This document shows positions 1 to 12,819 of a stretch of DNA of 64,000 nucleotides, piece by piece. The notes beneath the pieces were generated by a model. That model made no database searches. It was not told where the DNA came from and saw only the letters and a program-made list of their open reading frames with translations. Origin of the DNA: Mobula hypostoma (taxonomy: Eukaryota); the NCBI RefSeq assembly GCF_963921235.1, contig NC_086111.1, positions 38,750,001-38,814,000 of the forward strand. The letters are read 5' to 3'. The translations under genes and the position numbers were made by a program. Positions within the stretch are counted from its first letter, which is position 1. Each line of letters starts with the position of its first letter.

Positions 1-669
1 AATATGAAAAAATATCCAGGCAACTATAAATGTCCAGCTGTGCTTGCTTTTTTGTGTTCTGTCTTCATCACTTTGCTCAGTTTCACTTAATAAATGTCTT
101 CATCAGCGATCACTGCAGTGCAGGGAGCTGCATTTTCTGATCAAATTCAATTGGAAACATTGTGATCCAGTAGCCTAAAACAGCAGAGATGTGCTTTGAA
201 TATAGAAATATGATACAAGGTGATTGATTGATTCTTCTTGTCACAGATAAAGATAACAATATCTGTAAATACTGTGTACCATTCAGCAAAATCCAAAATA
301 TCAGGGTTAAGGACAACAGAGGGCTTCATGAAATTGCAACTTGATGGAAATGCAGTTCATCAAAATGATAAAATGGAAGAAGTGATTATGAGTGTGAGGC
401 TTCTAAAAAGTAAATAGTAAGTGCAGGCATTTTCATTGAGAAAACAGCACTATAGGCAATGCTATGTAATGGTTGTTTTTCAATTACTTTCACGTTTTTG
501 TTCAAAATTAAATTGCATAACTGGATAGTATTATGTGACAAAGTACAAAATCAAAATAAATTTTATTTACCATCGTATTATTTAATTTTAAACATCATTT
601 TTAAGCCAACATTTATTACCTATTCCTGCGTATCCTTGTTGCTTAGCCAGCTTCTTGCAGCACAGTAAT

Positions 670-1800
670 CCTTCTAGTGAAGATATTCCCACAAAGTGTT
701 GTGGAGAGTTGATATGTATGCTACAAAAAAAAAGTGAATAGGCAATTTATTTCCAAACAAATACGATGTGTGTTTGCTATCCTTGTCAATGTGGGTGATA
801 GAGGTTGCAGATTTCGCAGTTGCTGCCAGAGCACCCTCAGCACGTAACTGCATTGCATTTCGTAGATGACATACACCGCAGTCATAGTGGTAAAATGAAG
901 GAATGCGAAGGGTGTGGAATGGGATCCTAAATAAGCAGTTTGCTTTATTTGGAGTGGTATTAAGCTTCTTAAGTGGTTCTAGAGCTTTGGGAAATGTTCC
1001 ATTAAATTCCTAACTTAAGCCTTGTCATACTGGAAAGGTTTTGGGATGTTTGATGGAGAGTCACCTGGCACAGGATACCCAGCTTCTAACTTTCTGGTCA
1101 GTGTTGATCATCTCACCTACTCAATGCCATGACCATGTGGGTTTCCTTTGAATGCTACTGTTTCCTCCCACATTTTAAAGACCTGTGGGTTAGTAGGTTG
1201 GTTGGTCACATGGGAGTAATGGGGTGGTGTGGGCTTGTTGGGCAGAAAGACCTGTTACTGTGCTGTATCTCTCAATAAGTAAATGTGAGGTGGTTGATCA
1301 CTTTCGGGTTTGATGTAGCCATTGTCAGATATTATTGTAGCACATGATTGTCAAATTCAGATTGTACCTGGGCACAGCTGCTTCATTGGCTGAGGATTCG
1401 TGAATGCCAACGAACATTGTTCAGTGATGGTGAACTTTCAGTTTTGATGAAGCAGCTGAAGGTGGCAGGTTCCTGAGGAACTTCTGCTCTGATGTCCTAC
1501 TAACAACTACTGATGCAGCCGAGATCTGATTTCCTTCCATAAATTGTTTTTCCCTTGTTGGTATTGGCTTCATTTTTCACAAAGCTCCTTAGCATTATGC
1601 TCTTGTCAAATTCAACCTCTGTGTCAAAGCAGTAACTCCCAGCCATCTCTGGAATTCAGCTATTTGAGGCGCCTATTTAAAGCATCCCAGTGAAATCCTA
1701 ACTAGACGTTATTAAGTAGGCTATTTGTATACAAGTACCGCTTAATTCTATGTTTTAAAAGTGGATTGATTAGATGATAATTAGATTGTTCTGCCTTTAG
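670..1800 (-). mobile_element. Highly degenerate L2/CR1-group LINE fragment
   Basis: Residual similarity to a common elasmobranch LINE in reverse orientation (tgaggattcgtgaatgccaacgaacattg...tgatgaagcagctgaag...cctgaggaacttctg; RT region). No ORF. Confidence 0.5.
1130..1282 (+). mobile_element. V-SINE (HE1-like) fragment inserted in the old LINE
   Basis: gtgggtttcctttgaatgctactgtttcctcccaca resembles the V-domain (GTGGGTTTCCTCCGGGTGCTCCGGTTTCCTCCCACA). CR1-type tail cctgttactgtgctgtatctctcaataa follows. Confidence 0.6.
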
Positions 1801-1834
1801 TGGTCAAAATGTATGTCCACTAAGAATTGGAATT

Positions 1835-3326
1835 GTGGCATTCAAGACTGATGACCCAGAACAATGCAAGAAGTCCAGGCATGGCCTATGGAATGCTATT
1901 TTAAGAGTGGGGGAAAAAAACCCAATTCCGATTGAAATTAGAGACAGTCAGATTTGTGCCAGCTCCAGCAGGGTTTGCAGGCCATTACTTATCATAAGGC
2001 GAGACCTAACATCACGAATGGCTGTGATGCCTCACTCTCACCTTTTATGCGCACTTTAAAATGGAGAATAAAACTACACCTGTGCGAATTCCTGCAGCAT
2101 CTGATGACCCTGTAACCTCTGTCCCGGAGGCCGATGTCAGAACATCTTTTAAGAGATTGGACCCTCTCAAGGTGACAGACCCTGGTGGTGTACCTGGTAT
2201 TCACTGAAGACCTGAACCACCCAATAAAAGGGAGTGTTTAAGGATGTCATCAGTTTCTCACTGCTACAGTTGGAGTTTCCCACTTGCTTCTGAAGGGCCT
2301 CTTTACCTCCCGTTGCAAATGGATCCTTGGCTTCCTCATTTGGAAACTTCAATCAGTGCAGATTGGAAATAACATCTCATGACAGTCAACCCTGGTGCAT
2401 CTCAGGGATGTGTGCTTAGCTCACTGCTCTACTCTGTCTATACCCATGACTGTGTGGCTAGGCACAGCTCAAAGGCCATCTGTAAATTTGCCAATGACCC
2501 AGCTATCATTGGCAGAATTTCAGATGGTGACGAGTAAATGTACAAGAGTGAGAGAGATTAGCTAGTTGCGTGGTGTCGAAACAATAACCTTGCACTCAGT
2601 GTTAGACCAAGGAAATGATTGTGGACTTCAGAAAGAGGAAGTTGAATGACCATACACTGGTCCACATTGAGGGATCAGCAGTGGAAAGTGCGAGTAGTTT
2701 CAATTTCCTGAGTGTCAACATCTCTGAAGATCTATCCTGGGCCCAACATTTTGATGCAATTACACAGCAGCTATATTTCATTACTGGTTTGAGGAGACTT
2801 GGTATGTCACGAAAGACTCTTGGAAATTTCCACAGATTACTGTGGAGAGCATTCTAACTGGTTACATCACCATCTGGTATGGATGGACCAAGCATAGGAT
2901 TGGAAAAACCTGTAGAGATTTGCAAACTCAACCAGCTCTATCATGGGCACAAGCCTCCCCAGCACCAAGGACATTTTCAAAAGGTGATGCCTCAAAAAGG
3001 TAGCATCTATCATTAAGGACACCCATTACTCAGAACATGACCTCTTTTCATTGCTACCATCAGGAGAAGATACAGGAGCCTAAAGACGCATACTCAACAT
3101 AGTAGGACCAGCTTCTACCCCACCGCCATCAATTTTGTGAATGGACGAAGACTCCATGTACATTACCTCACCATATTTTGGCTGTCTTTTTTGCACTACT
3201 TATTTGATTTAAAAATATAGATATTAATACACATATGCATTATATTTTTATGTATTGCAATGTACTGCTGCCGCAAAAAACATATTTCACAACATATGCC
3301 AATGATATTAAACCTGATTCTGATAC
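1835..3326 (+). mobile_element. Rex1/Babar LINE remnant, internally deleted, with 3' tail
   Basis: AFKTDDPEQCKKSR; GASQGCVLSSLLYSVYTHDC; KFAND; TKEMIVDFRK; frameshifts and stops; tail tattaaacctgattctgat. Confidence 0.85.
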
Positions 3327-3869
3327 GTAGGGCAACTTTTCCACTTTGTGAGATAGATATCAACGTGGTATCTATACTGAAACCACTGGCAAGAAGCAAG
3401 GCTAACCTAAGAGCACACAGTCCCAGTACTACAGAATTATGGAATAGACCATTTGGCCTATGAAGTCTCTACCAGCTGTATATATGTGTAATCCAGTTAG
3501 TCCCACTTGCCCACCCCACCCCATTTCCATGTAGAAGATGTCGTCTTGTTCCATAGCCTTTGATGTATCCAGTGATGTTAGCCATTTCTTGAGATATCTG
3601 GTTTGAAGACTTGTTTCAGTGATACAGGAGCTAGCTGAGATGGATCATCCACTCACTGTTTCTGTTTGAATTTAGTTGTACTGGATAAATCTGGGGTAGG
3701 GGGCAGCTCTCTGTTTAGACATTAGCCCCCTGTTGTTTCTGATAATGTCTGTGCAAGGCCAACTGGGCTAGAAAATAATTTTTCATGATAAATTCAATGC
3801 TTTGGTTGCTTCTGGGTGGTCTGTCTGTATGCAGCATTTTTAATACAATGAACTAGTTTGCTATGTCAT

Positions 3870-4115
3870 TTCCAAGGTTTGGAGTCCCGTATACACCAAA
3901 CTGGGTAAGGGTAAAGACAGCAGCTCACCTGAAGAGGGTTTTTGGACTAAATGTTTGTTTATGATAATCCACAAGTTTTTTTAAAAAAAGTACTTGGATC
4001 TTCAGATTACTTCTAGCTGGATTTAAATTCCAAATCTGGTGTGGTAGGATTTCGAATAAGCATCTCTGGATTGTTGGTCCAGTCTTCGAGGTTACTGGTC
4101 TGGTAATAGAATCAT
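3870..4115 (-). mobile_element. Degenerate tRNA-derived SINE (a related copy lies at about 13860-14080)
   Basis: ggatttaaattcc...gtggtaggatttcgaa...gttactggtctggtaat resembles the reverse complement of a tRNA-SINE head with a B-box-like motif. Confidence 0.4.
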
Positions 4116-6554
4116 TGTGTCACAACTTGTTAGCTACCCAGCAACCTATGCTAAATATCATTCTTAGTACACAGGTACATCAAAAGCTAGACAGTAAATG
4201 GATTTATAATAGACTATTTTCTTTATGGGTCAATAAGCAAGAAAATAGAGAGATTTAGGAAGTTAAAATAGATGTACTTTCATTTGTGATCTAGAGGGTG
4301 ACAAGATAGGAAATTACTTCCAACGTCTCCACATAACTTGGCTGCACACAACATTACAAATGATCTGGAGTATACAAGATGTTATTTTTCAAGGTACATT
4401 TAATTGTAGACAGAATAAGGAAACTGAAAGATATGTCTCAAGCTATCTGTTTAGTAATAGTTGATAATTGTTTCCTTATCATCGAGAAAAATTCCCAGTG
4501 AGGTGTGACAAACAATGGGTTTTTGTTTATGTGCAAGTGTACCAGAAAAGTACACATTACATCCCACTCCAGATAAAACACAGGGAATGTTTTAATCATG
4601 AATGTGTTTTTTATATTTCAATTAAGTTAAAGAAATTAAAAGTGACTAAAAACCTGTTCATGGTGTGAAAATGGACTGGGTACTGTAGGGAATTAGGGCC
4701 CCCTTGTGCTCTGTTAGGTGTAAACCAATCCAAGTTTCTGTCCTTTCCTTTTAGTTTTCTCCTATAGTGCAGCATGACCATCTGACATGCTGTCTGCGAT
4801 GATCTTTATAATGCAGCTATTGTTTTCTGAAAAAAATTCTTTAAATTTTAATGAAATACATAAAGTGGAAGAGTTCAATTTTAATTATACGAGTACACCC
4901 CTACATTATGTGACATATTTTCATTGGCAGGGGCCCTGCTGGATAAGAATGACATATTTGTGTAGAAAGCTGGTATTCAGTTTGGAATTTGCACGTATGG
5001 ATGATGAAATAAACAGAGCCCGTTTGTTTTTTTTTTCTTTCCCTTGCCTATGGAGATGTGAGGTTACATATTGCAGGCATGTCTGGGCCCATCCACGAGG
5101 CATTTGGTGACTAGAATTAATAAATAGATGAAATCTTGGATGATTCAACAGGGACTAACCACTCTGCAGCTCTGTTTGTAATGCAAGGAAGTTAATAAAA
5201 ATAATGATTGCTGGAGGAAAGTTTATACACAGTAGTCTGTTTGTCCTGTGTTTCAAACACCTGAGTCAGAGCCAGAAATACAATTGTCTGCTTCATATTT
5301 CAAGCAGATGCTGGGTGAAGCTGCCAGTTAATGAAAGTAGATGGCTGTTGCTTTTAAACCTTTTTGCACCTTTTTGAGTTTGTTTATCCATTGTCTGTTT
5401 GTTTGTTACTGTTTTCATATTGTTGCTCTTGGACAGTAATGGATGCTAGTTTTTCTTTCTAACCAGTGCTTCTGTCGATGGGCTGTAACAATAGAAAAAA
5501 AAGTCATATTTCATTTTATTTGTCACTCTTTGCTTATGCTGTGTCTCAGTATTAGGATGGTGGTCACTTGGAAGTAACTGAGTATTTCTGTTTGGAATCA
5601 GCAACTGAGAGAAACAAATGATTACTCAGCTGTTTGGTGCTGTAAAAGTTGGTGTTGCTTTTATTGGAACATAACTTCAAAATGAATGGGAGATGTGAGT
5701 GACAGCACTAGAGTGAGGTTTTCATTTCATACATTGAAATCCGAATGGGTTTTTCAGCTGTGACTATATGCACTTCTTTAGCTGTCCCTAAAAACATTAT
5801 ATGTGTTGATTTTTTAAAAATAGATTTGAAAGCTGCATTTTACAATGTCAAGAGATGTCAAGCGAACTAAAGGACTACTCAAAAGGTGCAGCTGTCCGAA
5901 AGTAACAAATACTTTTAATACAAAAATTCATTGACAGTCTGAACTGTTTCAGTGTCAGCAATGACAGCAATAATCTTGAAAGCCAATTCTACTCTATCAA
6001 TGAGATAACTTTTTTTTAAACTATCTGGAATGTGGATATTTAGAAAATCTGTGCATATCATTGTACTCTACATCATCATTTTTTCTGAAAATATTGCGAT
6101 GTCTGAATAAGTTCAGCCTAATCTTAATTGGAAATTAATGGCTAGGTATGACTACAAATATCTTTTTCATCCTTTGTAATTAGTTAGTAGGTTGGTGCCT
6201 ATTTTCATGGAATTTTATTCATTTTTCAGATTATTCCCTTAAAATGATTGTGTTTTCCTTGATGGTGGAATTTTTTGTTTTGCTAATTTAAGTAGGTAGA
6301 ATTCTGGTATTCCATCTATTTTTATGCATATATACTTTATCATTATTGTTGGTTTAGTGAAAATAATTTTGATTTGTAGATGTTTGTAGGGATGTTTCTG
6401 GACTTCAAAGTGATAATATGTGAGAGTTTCCAGATATGGTGTGGCTATGTTTCTTTGCTTAGGGTTATTGGATATATGGATGGTTTTTGAGATGTGGTGT
6501 TCATTGTAACAGTTTGGCGACTAAGTGGGTTTTTATGCCAAGGTTATTTTGCAA

Positions 6555-6668
6555 TTTACAGTTATTGTTCTGTGGATTTGCTAAGTATGCCCGCAGAAAG
6601 AGAATCTCAGGATTGTATGTGGTGATGTGTATGTACTCTGAGAATAAACTTTCCCTTGAACTTTGAAT
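6555..6668 (+). mobile_element. Short LINE-type 3' tail fragment of a dispersed family (also about 12725-12810 -, 27845-27960 -, 40260-40500 -, 56700-56945 +)
   Basis: Recurrent motif tgcccgcagaaagagaatctcaggattgtatgtggtga...tgtactctgagaataaa...ttgaactttgaa is seen several times in the window. Confidence 0.6.
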
Positions 6669-6954
6669 TTCTGTTGTATGTATCCTGTTTTCATTATGAT
6701 TAAACCAGTACACATCTAACTTGTTATGGTCCACTGTACTCACTTTTGTAAGTTGGGTCCCATATTTGTGGTGATTCAATGCCAGTATATTTGTTTTTCC
6801 AAATAGTTTAAGTTTACACATGAAAGAACAAGTGACTGAAACGTGTATTTCTGTTGTGCTTGCATATACCCAGGACTCCAGACTCCCACCTTTGCTGGTG
6901 GAATGATGTGTGTAAACTTATGTTCTTTTAGATTTCAATGACATATCTTTTTTC

Positions 6955-8045
6955 ACTAGCCCACTGCTCTACTCTCAACACCTACAACTACGTAGCTAGA
7001 CACGGTTCAAACACCATCAATAAACTTGCCGATGACACAAATATTGTTGACAGAATTTCAGATGTGATGAAGAGGTGTACAGAGCGAGGTTAGTTGGTTG
7101 AGTGGTGTCTCAACAACAACATTGCATTCAATGTCAGTAAGACCAAGGAATTGATTGTGGCATTCAGGAAGGGGAAGTTGAGGGAACACACACTAGTCCA
7201 TATCGGGAGATCGGTAGTGGAAAGAGTAAGCAGCTTTAAGTTCTTGAGTGTCAATATCTCTGAAGGTCTAACCTGGACCCAGCATATTGATGCAATTGCG
7301 ACGAATCCACAACAGCAGCTATATTTCATTAGGAGTTTGAGGAAACTTGGTATATCAGTAAAGACCATAAGTAAATTTCAACCAATTACCATGGAGAACA
7401 CTCTAACTAGTTGCAGTACTATCTGGTATGGAGGGACCATTGCACAGGATTGGAAAAAGTTGCAGAAAGTTGTAAACTCGGCCAGCTCCATCATGGGCAC
7501 GAGTCTCTGCATCCAGGTCACATTCAAAAGGCAAACGAGAGAAAACCTGCAGATGCTAAAAATCCAAGCAACACATACAAAATGGTGGAGGAACTCAGGA
7601 GGCCAGGCAGTATCTATGGAAAACAGTAAACAGTTGATGTTTTGGGCCGAGACTCTTCATTATGACTGGAGAAAATGGATGAGAAGTCACAGTTAGAAGG
7701 CAGGGGAAGATGATGCCTCAAAAGGGTAGGGAGCCATCATTAAGAACCCCCATTGCCCAGGATATTCTCTCTTCTATTGCTGCTATCACAGAGGAGGTGC
7801 AGGAGCCTGAAGATGTATTCAGTGTTTAAGGTCTAGCTTCTCCTGCACCATCAGACTTCTGAATGGACAATGAATTCATGAACACTACCTCACTATTTTT
7901 TCCTCCCTTTTTGCACTGCTTGTTTAATGTAACCTTTTAATATATACTTATTGTAATTTATAGTTATTATTAAGTGTTGCAATATAACAAAACAACAAAT
8001 TTCATGAGATGTGTCAGTGATATTAAACTTGACTCTGATTCTGAA
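6955..8045 (+). mobile_element. Rex1/Babar LINE 3' fragment, interrupted by a PLE terminus
   Basis: KLADDT, WCLNNNIAFNVSKTKELIVAFRK, QQQLYFIRSLRK; 3' tail tattaaacttgactctgattctga. Confidence 0.85.
7533..7710 (-). mobile_element. Penelope-like element terminal (pLTR) fragment with a degenerate hammerhead
   Basis: Same sequence family as 17716-17870 (ctgcagatgct...gcaacacatacaaaatgg...tgggccgagactcttcatt). Core mutated to ATAATGA/AAAA. Confidence 0.7.
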
Positions 8046-8197
8046 TGCTTATGAGTGTGTTCTAGAGCAGCGGCCCCTAACCACCAGGCTGTGGACCGGT
8101 ACCGGGCTGCAAAGCATGTGCTACCGGGCCGTGAGGAAACGATATGAGTCAGCTGCACCTTTCCTCATTCCCTGTAATGCACTGTTTAACTTGAACA

Positions 8198-9955
8198 TAG
8201 GGTTGCCAACTGTCCCGTATTGCCGGGACATCCCGTATATTGTGCTAAATTGGTTTGTCCCATACGGGACCGCCTTTGTCCCGTATTTCCCCTGCTAAGG
8301 TAGAGTGTTCCTATGAAACGTTCCTATGGACACGGGAGAGCCAGTGGATGTAGTGTACCTGAACTTTCAGAAAGCCTTTGATAAAGTCCAACATAGGGGA
8401 TTAGTGGGCAAAATTAGGGCACATGGTATTGGGGGCAGAGTACTGACATGGATTGAAAATTGGCTGGCTGACAGAAAACAAAGAGTAGCGATTAACAGGT
8501 CCCTTACGGAATGGCAGGTGGTGACCAGTGGGGTACCGCAGGGTTCAGTGCTGGGACAGCAGCTGTTTACAATATATATTAATGATTTAGATGGGGGAAT
8601 TAAAAGTAACATGAGTAAATTTGCCGATGACACAAAGCTGGGTGGCAGTGTGAAATGTGAGGAGGATGTTATGAGAATGCAGGGTGACTTGGACAGGCTG
8701 GGTGAGTGGGAAGATGCATGGCAGATGCAGTTTAATGTGGATAAATGTGAGGTTATCCACTTTGGTGGTAAGAATGGGAAGGCAGATTATTATCTAAATG
8801 GAGTCAAGTTAGGAAAAGGGGAAGCACAATGAGATTTAGGTGTTCTTGTACATCAATCACTGAAAGGAAGCATGCAAGTACAGCAGGCAGTGAAGAAAGC
8901 TAATGGCATGCTGGCCTTCATAACAAGGGGAATTGAGTATAAGAGCAAAGAGGTCCTTCTGCAGCTGTACAGGGCCCTGGTGAGACCACACCTGGAGTAC
9001 TGGGTGCAGTTTTGGTCTCCAAATTTGAGAAAGGACATTCTTGCTATTGAGGGAGTGCAGCGTAGGTTCACAAGGTTAATTCCCGGGATGGTGGGACTGT
9101 CATATGTCGAAAGATTGGAGCGACTGGGCTTATATACTCTGGAGTTTAGAAGGCTGAGAGGGGATCTTATTGAAACATATAAGAGTATTAAGGGATTGGA
9201 CACACTGGAGGCAGGAAGCATGTTCCCGCTGATGCATGAGTCCAGAACCAGAGGCCACAGTTTAAGAATAAGGGGTAGGCCATTTAGAACGAAGTTGAGG
9301 AAAAACTTTTTCATCCAGAGAGTGGTGGATGTGTGGAATGCTCTGCCCCAGAAAGCTGTGGAGGCCAAGTCTATGGATGCTTTCAAAAAAGAGATGGTTA
9401 GAGCTCTTAAAGATAGCAGAATCAAAGGCTATGGGGATAAGGCAGGAACTGGATACTGATTGTGAATGATCAGCCATGATCACAGTGAATGGCGGTGCTG
9501 GCTCGAAGGGCCGAATGGCTTACTCCTGCGTCTATTGTCTATTGTCTATTGAAACCTTTCGTGCCGAAATGGCGTGAAGCGAAGAAGCAATTACCATTCA
9601 TTTATATGGGAAAAATTTTCCCAGTGTTCCCAGACCCAAAAAATAACCTAACAAATCATACCAAATAAGACAAAAAAAACGAAAATAAACAACACTAACA
9701 TATAGTAAAAGCAGGAATGATATGATAAATACACAGCCTATATAAAGTAGAAATAATGTATGTACAGTATAGTCGGGAAGATGAAGGCAAAACTGATTTG
9801 TGGGGGGGAAATCGGCGCATGTGCACATCACACGTGTGCACACAGGTGCCCACGCAAGACTTCATGGTCATGGTAGTCTTTCCTGGGGTAAAGTGTCCTG
9901 GGATTTGACTGCTACTTTTGTCCCTTATTTGGGAGTGAGAAAGTTGGCAACCCTA
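8198..9955. mobile_element. Inner hAT-like (Blackjack-type TIR) element
   Basis: Perfect inverted repeat TAGGGTTGCCAACT at 8198 and AGTTGGCAACCCTA ending at 9955, with sub-terminal tgtccc/gggaca repeats. No clean TSD. Confidence 0.65.
8320..9550 (+). mobile_element. Young 5'-truncated CR1 LINE (RT C-terminal half of ORF2 plus 3' UTR)
   Basis: ORFs 8326-8832 and 8872-9459 are in the same frame, split by one CGA>TGA stop. Motifs DVVYLNFQKAFDKV, SGVPQGSVLG, KFADD, LVRPHLEY. (CTATTGT)n tail; TGAAAC on both flanks. Confidence 0.95.
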
Positions 9956-11421
9956 ACTGTAAAACACATGTTGAGGTGAGTTTAAACCCACTTCAACATC
10001 CACCACTCCCCCCCCCCCCCCGTCAGTCGGTCCGCAAGAATATTGTCAATATTAAACTGGTCCATGGTGCAAAAAAGTTTGGGGACCCCTGTTCTGGAGG
10101 TTTGTTTGTGCAGTTTTGTGATGTGTGTGCATCTCAGCTGAACTGATCATCCTTGCATAGTATATTCACACAGCCCTTACAGATATTGCTCAAGATTTAA
10201 TTTTATGTTTCTATTAATTGTTATTACATGGATCAAACGTATTTTGTATCATTCAACTTTCAGAATCTGAACAATCGTTATTTGTCAAGAATTTTTTGAA
10301 GAATTTTAGAAAGCTAAGTTCATGAAATTCATAGTATTAGGATATATTACAGAAAATATTTCAAGTGGTCAATATATTAAAGAGTTACTTTCAGGATTGT
10401 TCAAAATCTTTATACTATTTCAATAAAATTTACAAGCTGCATTTGTTACTATGGTATTTACTTTAGATTGCACTGTGGTGGCTGTAAACTTAAATGGCTA
10501 TCATCAAATCTTTGGAAATTGAGTTTTTTTTTCCTTGCTGCAGACTCCTGTGTGCCTCCCAGCTGTATACACAATACTCCTTGAATAAAAACTATTTCTG
10601 TAAATCACTACAAGTAATCTGTAAACGTAATAAAGGAGCTCTGGCTTTTAGGTGCGGTTTTGGCCAAAGGAGTGTTAATGAGTTATTGAGTGACTTTTTG
10701 CTGGAGGACATCTATGTTGTTACTTGTTTTGCTGCCATGACAATGTCATTCTTTATGCTTTATAAATAACACACAGTAATACAGAAAAAACTCATTTTAA
10801 ATACCGAGGACTTTAGGTTCATCACAGGGCCAGAACTGAAGTCCACCCCATGTTGCTCCGTCAGTTGTTTGTTAACTATGTTAATCTTTGTGCACCTGGA
10901 ACTTGGACCACAGTGTAGTTTTAACGTTAGAAAAAACACTTGTGTATTACTCTTCATTATTCAATAAGAATGCTTCATTTTACATGAAGATTTGTTGATC
11001 ATTTTGAGTCAGCAATTAATAGCAAGACTTTTAAAGTTCTTTGCAGTTAGTTATAAATAAATCAGCTTTATTGACAGTGATTTAGATGTTTATTGCTGTG
11101 TCCATGTTTTTCAGAAATATTTTTTCAACAAAAGATAATTTTAAGTGTAGTTTGTAACAGCTTGCAAGCATTTAAACAGTTTAAGGTGACACTGATGCTG
11201 TAATTGTACAAAGGAATAGTGATATATTGAGCTAAAGTAAATTTATAAGTATTTGGTCATCCATATTAACTGCAATATAAAATATCTTAATGTATACCAG
11301 TGCCCAGCTGTCTCTCCCCAGGTTAAAACACCTGACATATATTCCTTACGTATGAAAAAGATTCCATAAATGTTACTAAATTCAAATGAAAATCAGTGTT
11401 GAACAAAACTCTGTTTACATG

Positions 11422-12231
11422 TACACTCAGGCCCCACTTAATGCTGAGGGCGCATTCCTCAGAGGTGGAGCGCTACGTGGAGTCATTACAACATTACATA
11501 AATGGACTTGAGTATACACAGTAATTCATGGAGTAACAAACTTGCAAATAGGCCTAACCTGGAGCAGCAACACATCACAGCAGCAGCGGAGGGAGGTGGG
11601 TGGCAGTTACATCTTCGAGGAAGGACCAGGCTGTGGGTCCTCCTTTAACTTTTGCTTCTTTAAGCTGGAGTCAATATGCCTTTTCTTAAGTTTCCTCTCA
11701 TGAAGCAGTCTCGGTAGCAGGAAATCATGTGGAGAACACCTTTCTTTGCCTTATTGCTTTGCTCTCAGTCAGGTTCATTTTACTGATGAACTTTGCAAAT
11801 TTCAAAGAGGTGCCAACATCAACCTGACAATCACCAGCTTCCCAATGCCATATCACTTGCAGTTTCACATCCTTTGTCATGCTTTTCTTAGACATCTTAG
11901 ATGTACTACCCTCTGTGGAAGTTGCAGGCCATTTTCCAGACATTATGGATGAAAAAAATAGAATAAATTGGTGAGGGAGTAAGTTTGTTTACATAGGCAG
12001 GGGAGATAGAGCGTGAAGTAATACATGATTGGCTGTGAGTGACTCTGAGTGTATGTAAAGCGCTCTCATTGGCTGATTGCATGTTTACTGTCATGGCAAC
12101 CACTCTTGAGAAGTTTTAAGTGTTGTTTAGAGTATATAGTTGTCATTTAAAAAATTTCAATAAAGAATTGAATAACTGCATTGTAACAAATCAGCGCTAT
12201 GCGAGGTAGCATTATGCAGGGTCTAAATGTA
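11422..12231 (-). mobile_element. Internally deleted Tigger/pogo-like (Tc1/mariner) DNA transposon
   Basis: Imperfect TIRs TAcactcaggccccacttaatgc / gcattatgcagggtctaaatgTA. The minus ORF 11725-11943 MSGKWPATS...KKSMTKDVKLQVIWHWEAGDCQVDVG resembles the HTH-psq N-terminus of Tigger transposases, followed by a C-terminal remnant. Confidence 0.7.
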
Positions 12232-12819
12232 ATTTTATCCCAGTAATCAGACACCATTGTCTCTTAAAAAGAAGTTTCACTACAGGAGGTCACTTAAAAC
12301 AGTTGCTTTGGAAATTGACATGCAGTTGCTTCTTTTCATACATGTGCAGTGATAATTTGTTAAACTGATACCTCAAGCCCATCAAATCCAGCTACTGATT
12401 CTGTAGCAATATGACTTGGTGGGGGCTGACAATAAGTAAGTCTTCATTTTAGTTGGCTGTCACCAACACCATTCATTGCACTAGTATAGAGGTATGGTTA
12501 CTCTATCAAGTGATTTTTGTGTTTTACCAGTTACAGACAAAATCAATTTATGGACATTTGTCAAAATGGATCCTTTTGAAACCTCTGGACAGCTTGTCTC
12601 AATGTCAACAGTATACATTTGGGAAAGTCCAGATCTGATAAGTTCTGCTGTTAGTCTCAGCATTCCTGGACAGTGACTTCACCATCATTGCCCTGTTTCC
12701 TTGAGTAGAACATAGAGCAATGATCAAAGTATTATTAAAGTACGTATATGTCACCAAATACTACCCTGAGATTCGTCGTCTTCAGGCAATCACAGTAGAA
12801 CAAAGAAGTGCAATAGTAT

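Larger units (their letters stand above)
8068..10091. mobile_element. hAT (Charlie-type) non-autonomous DNA transposon, outer shell of a nested stack
   Basis: TIRs cagcggcccctaacc / gtttggggacccctg. 8-bp TSD TTCTAGAG (8060-8067) / TTCTGGAG (10092-10099), matching the NTCTAGAN Charlie target preference. Confidence 0.85.

Noticed and set aside
4787-5110. 107-aa ORF as a FOXP1 exon or small gene
   Set aside because: No similarity to FoxP or any protein I recognise; composition is typical of a chance ORF in AT-rich DNA.
7094-7696. 200-aa ORF as a novel chimeric gene
   Set aside because: It is Rex1/Babar RT C-terminus reading by chance into an inserted PLE terminus.
8853-9425. Long antisense ORFs (also 8367-8633, 42788-43393, 33323-33988, 41477-41797)
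   Set aside because: They are shadows on the opposite strand of CR1 or PLE coding remnants.
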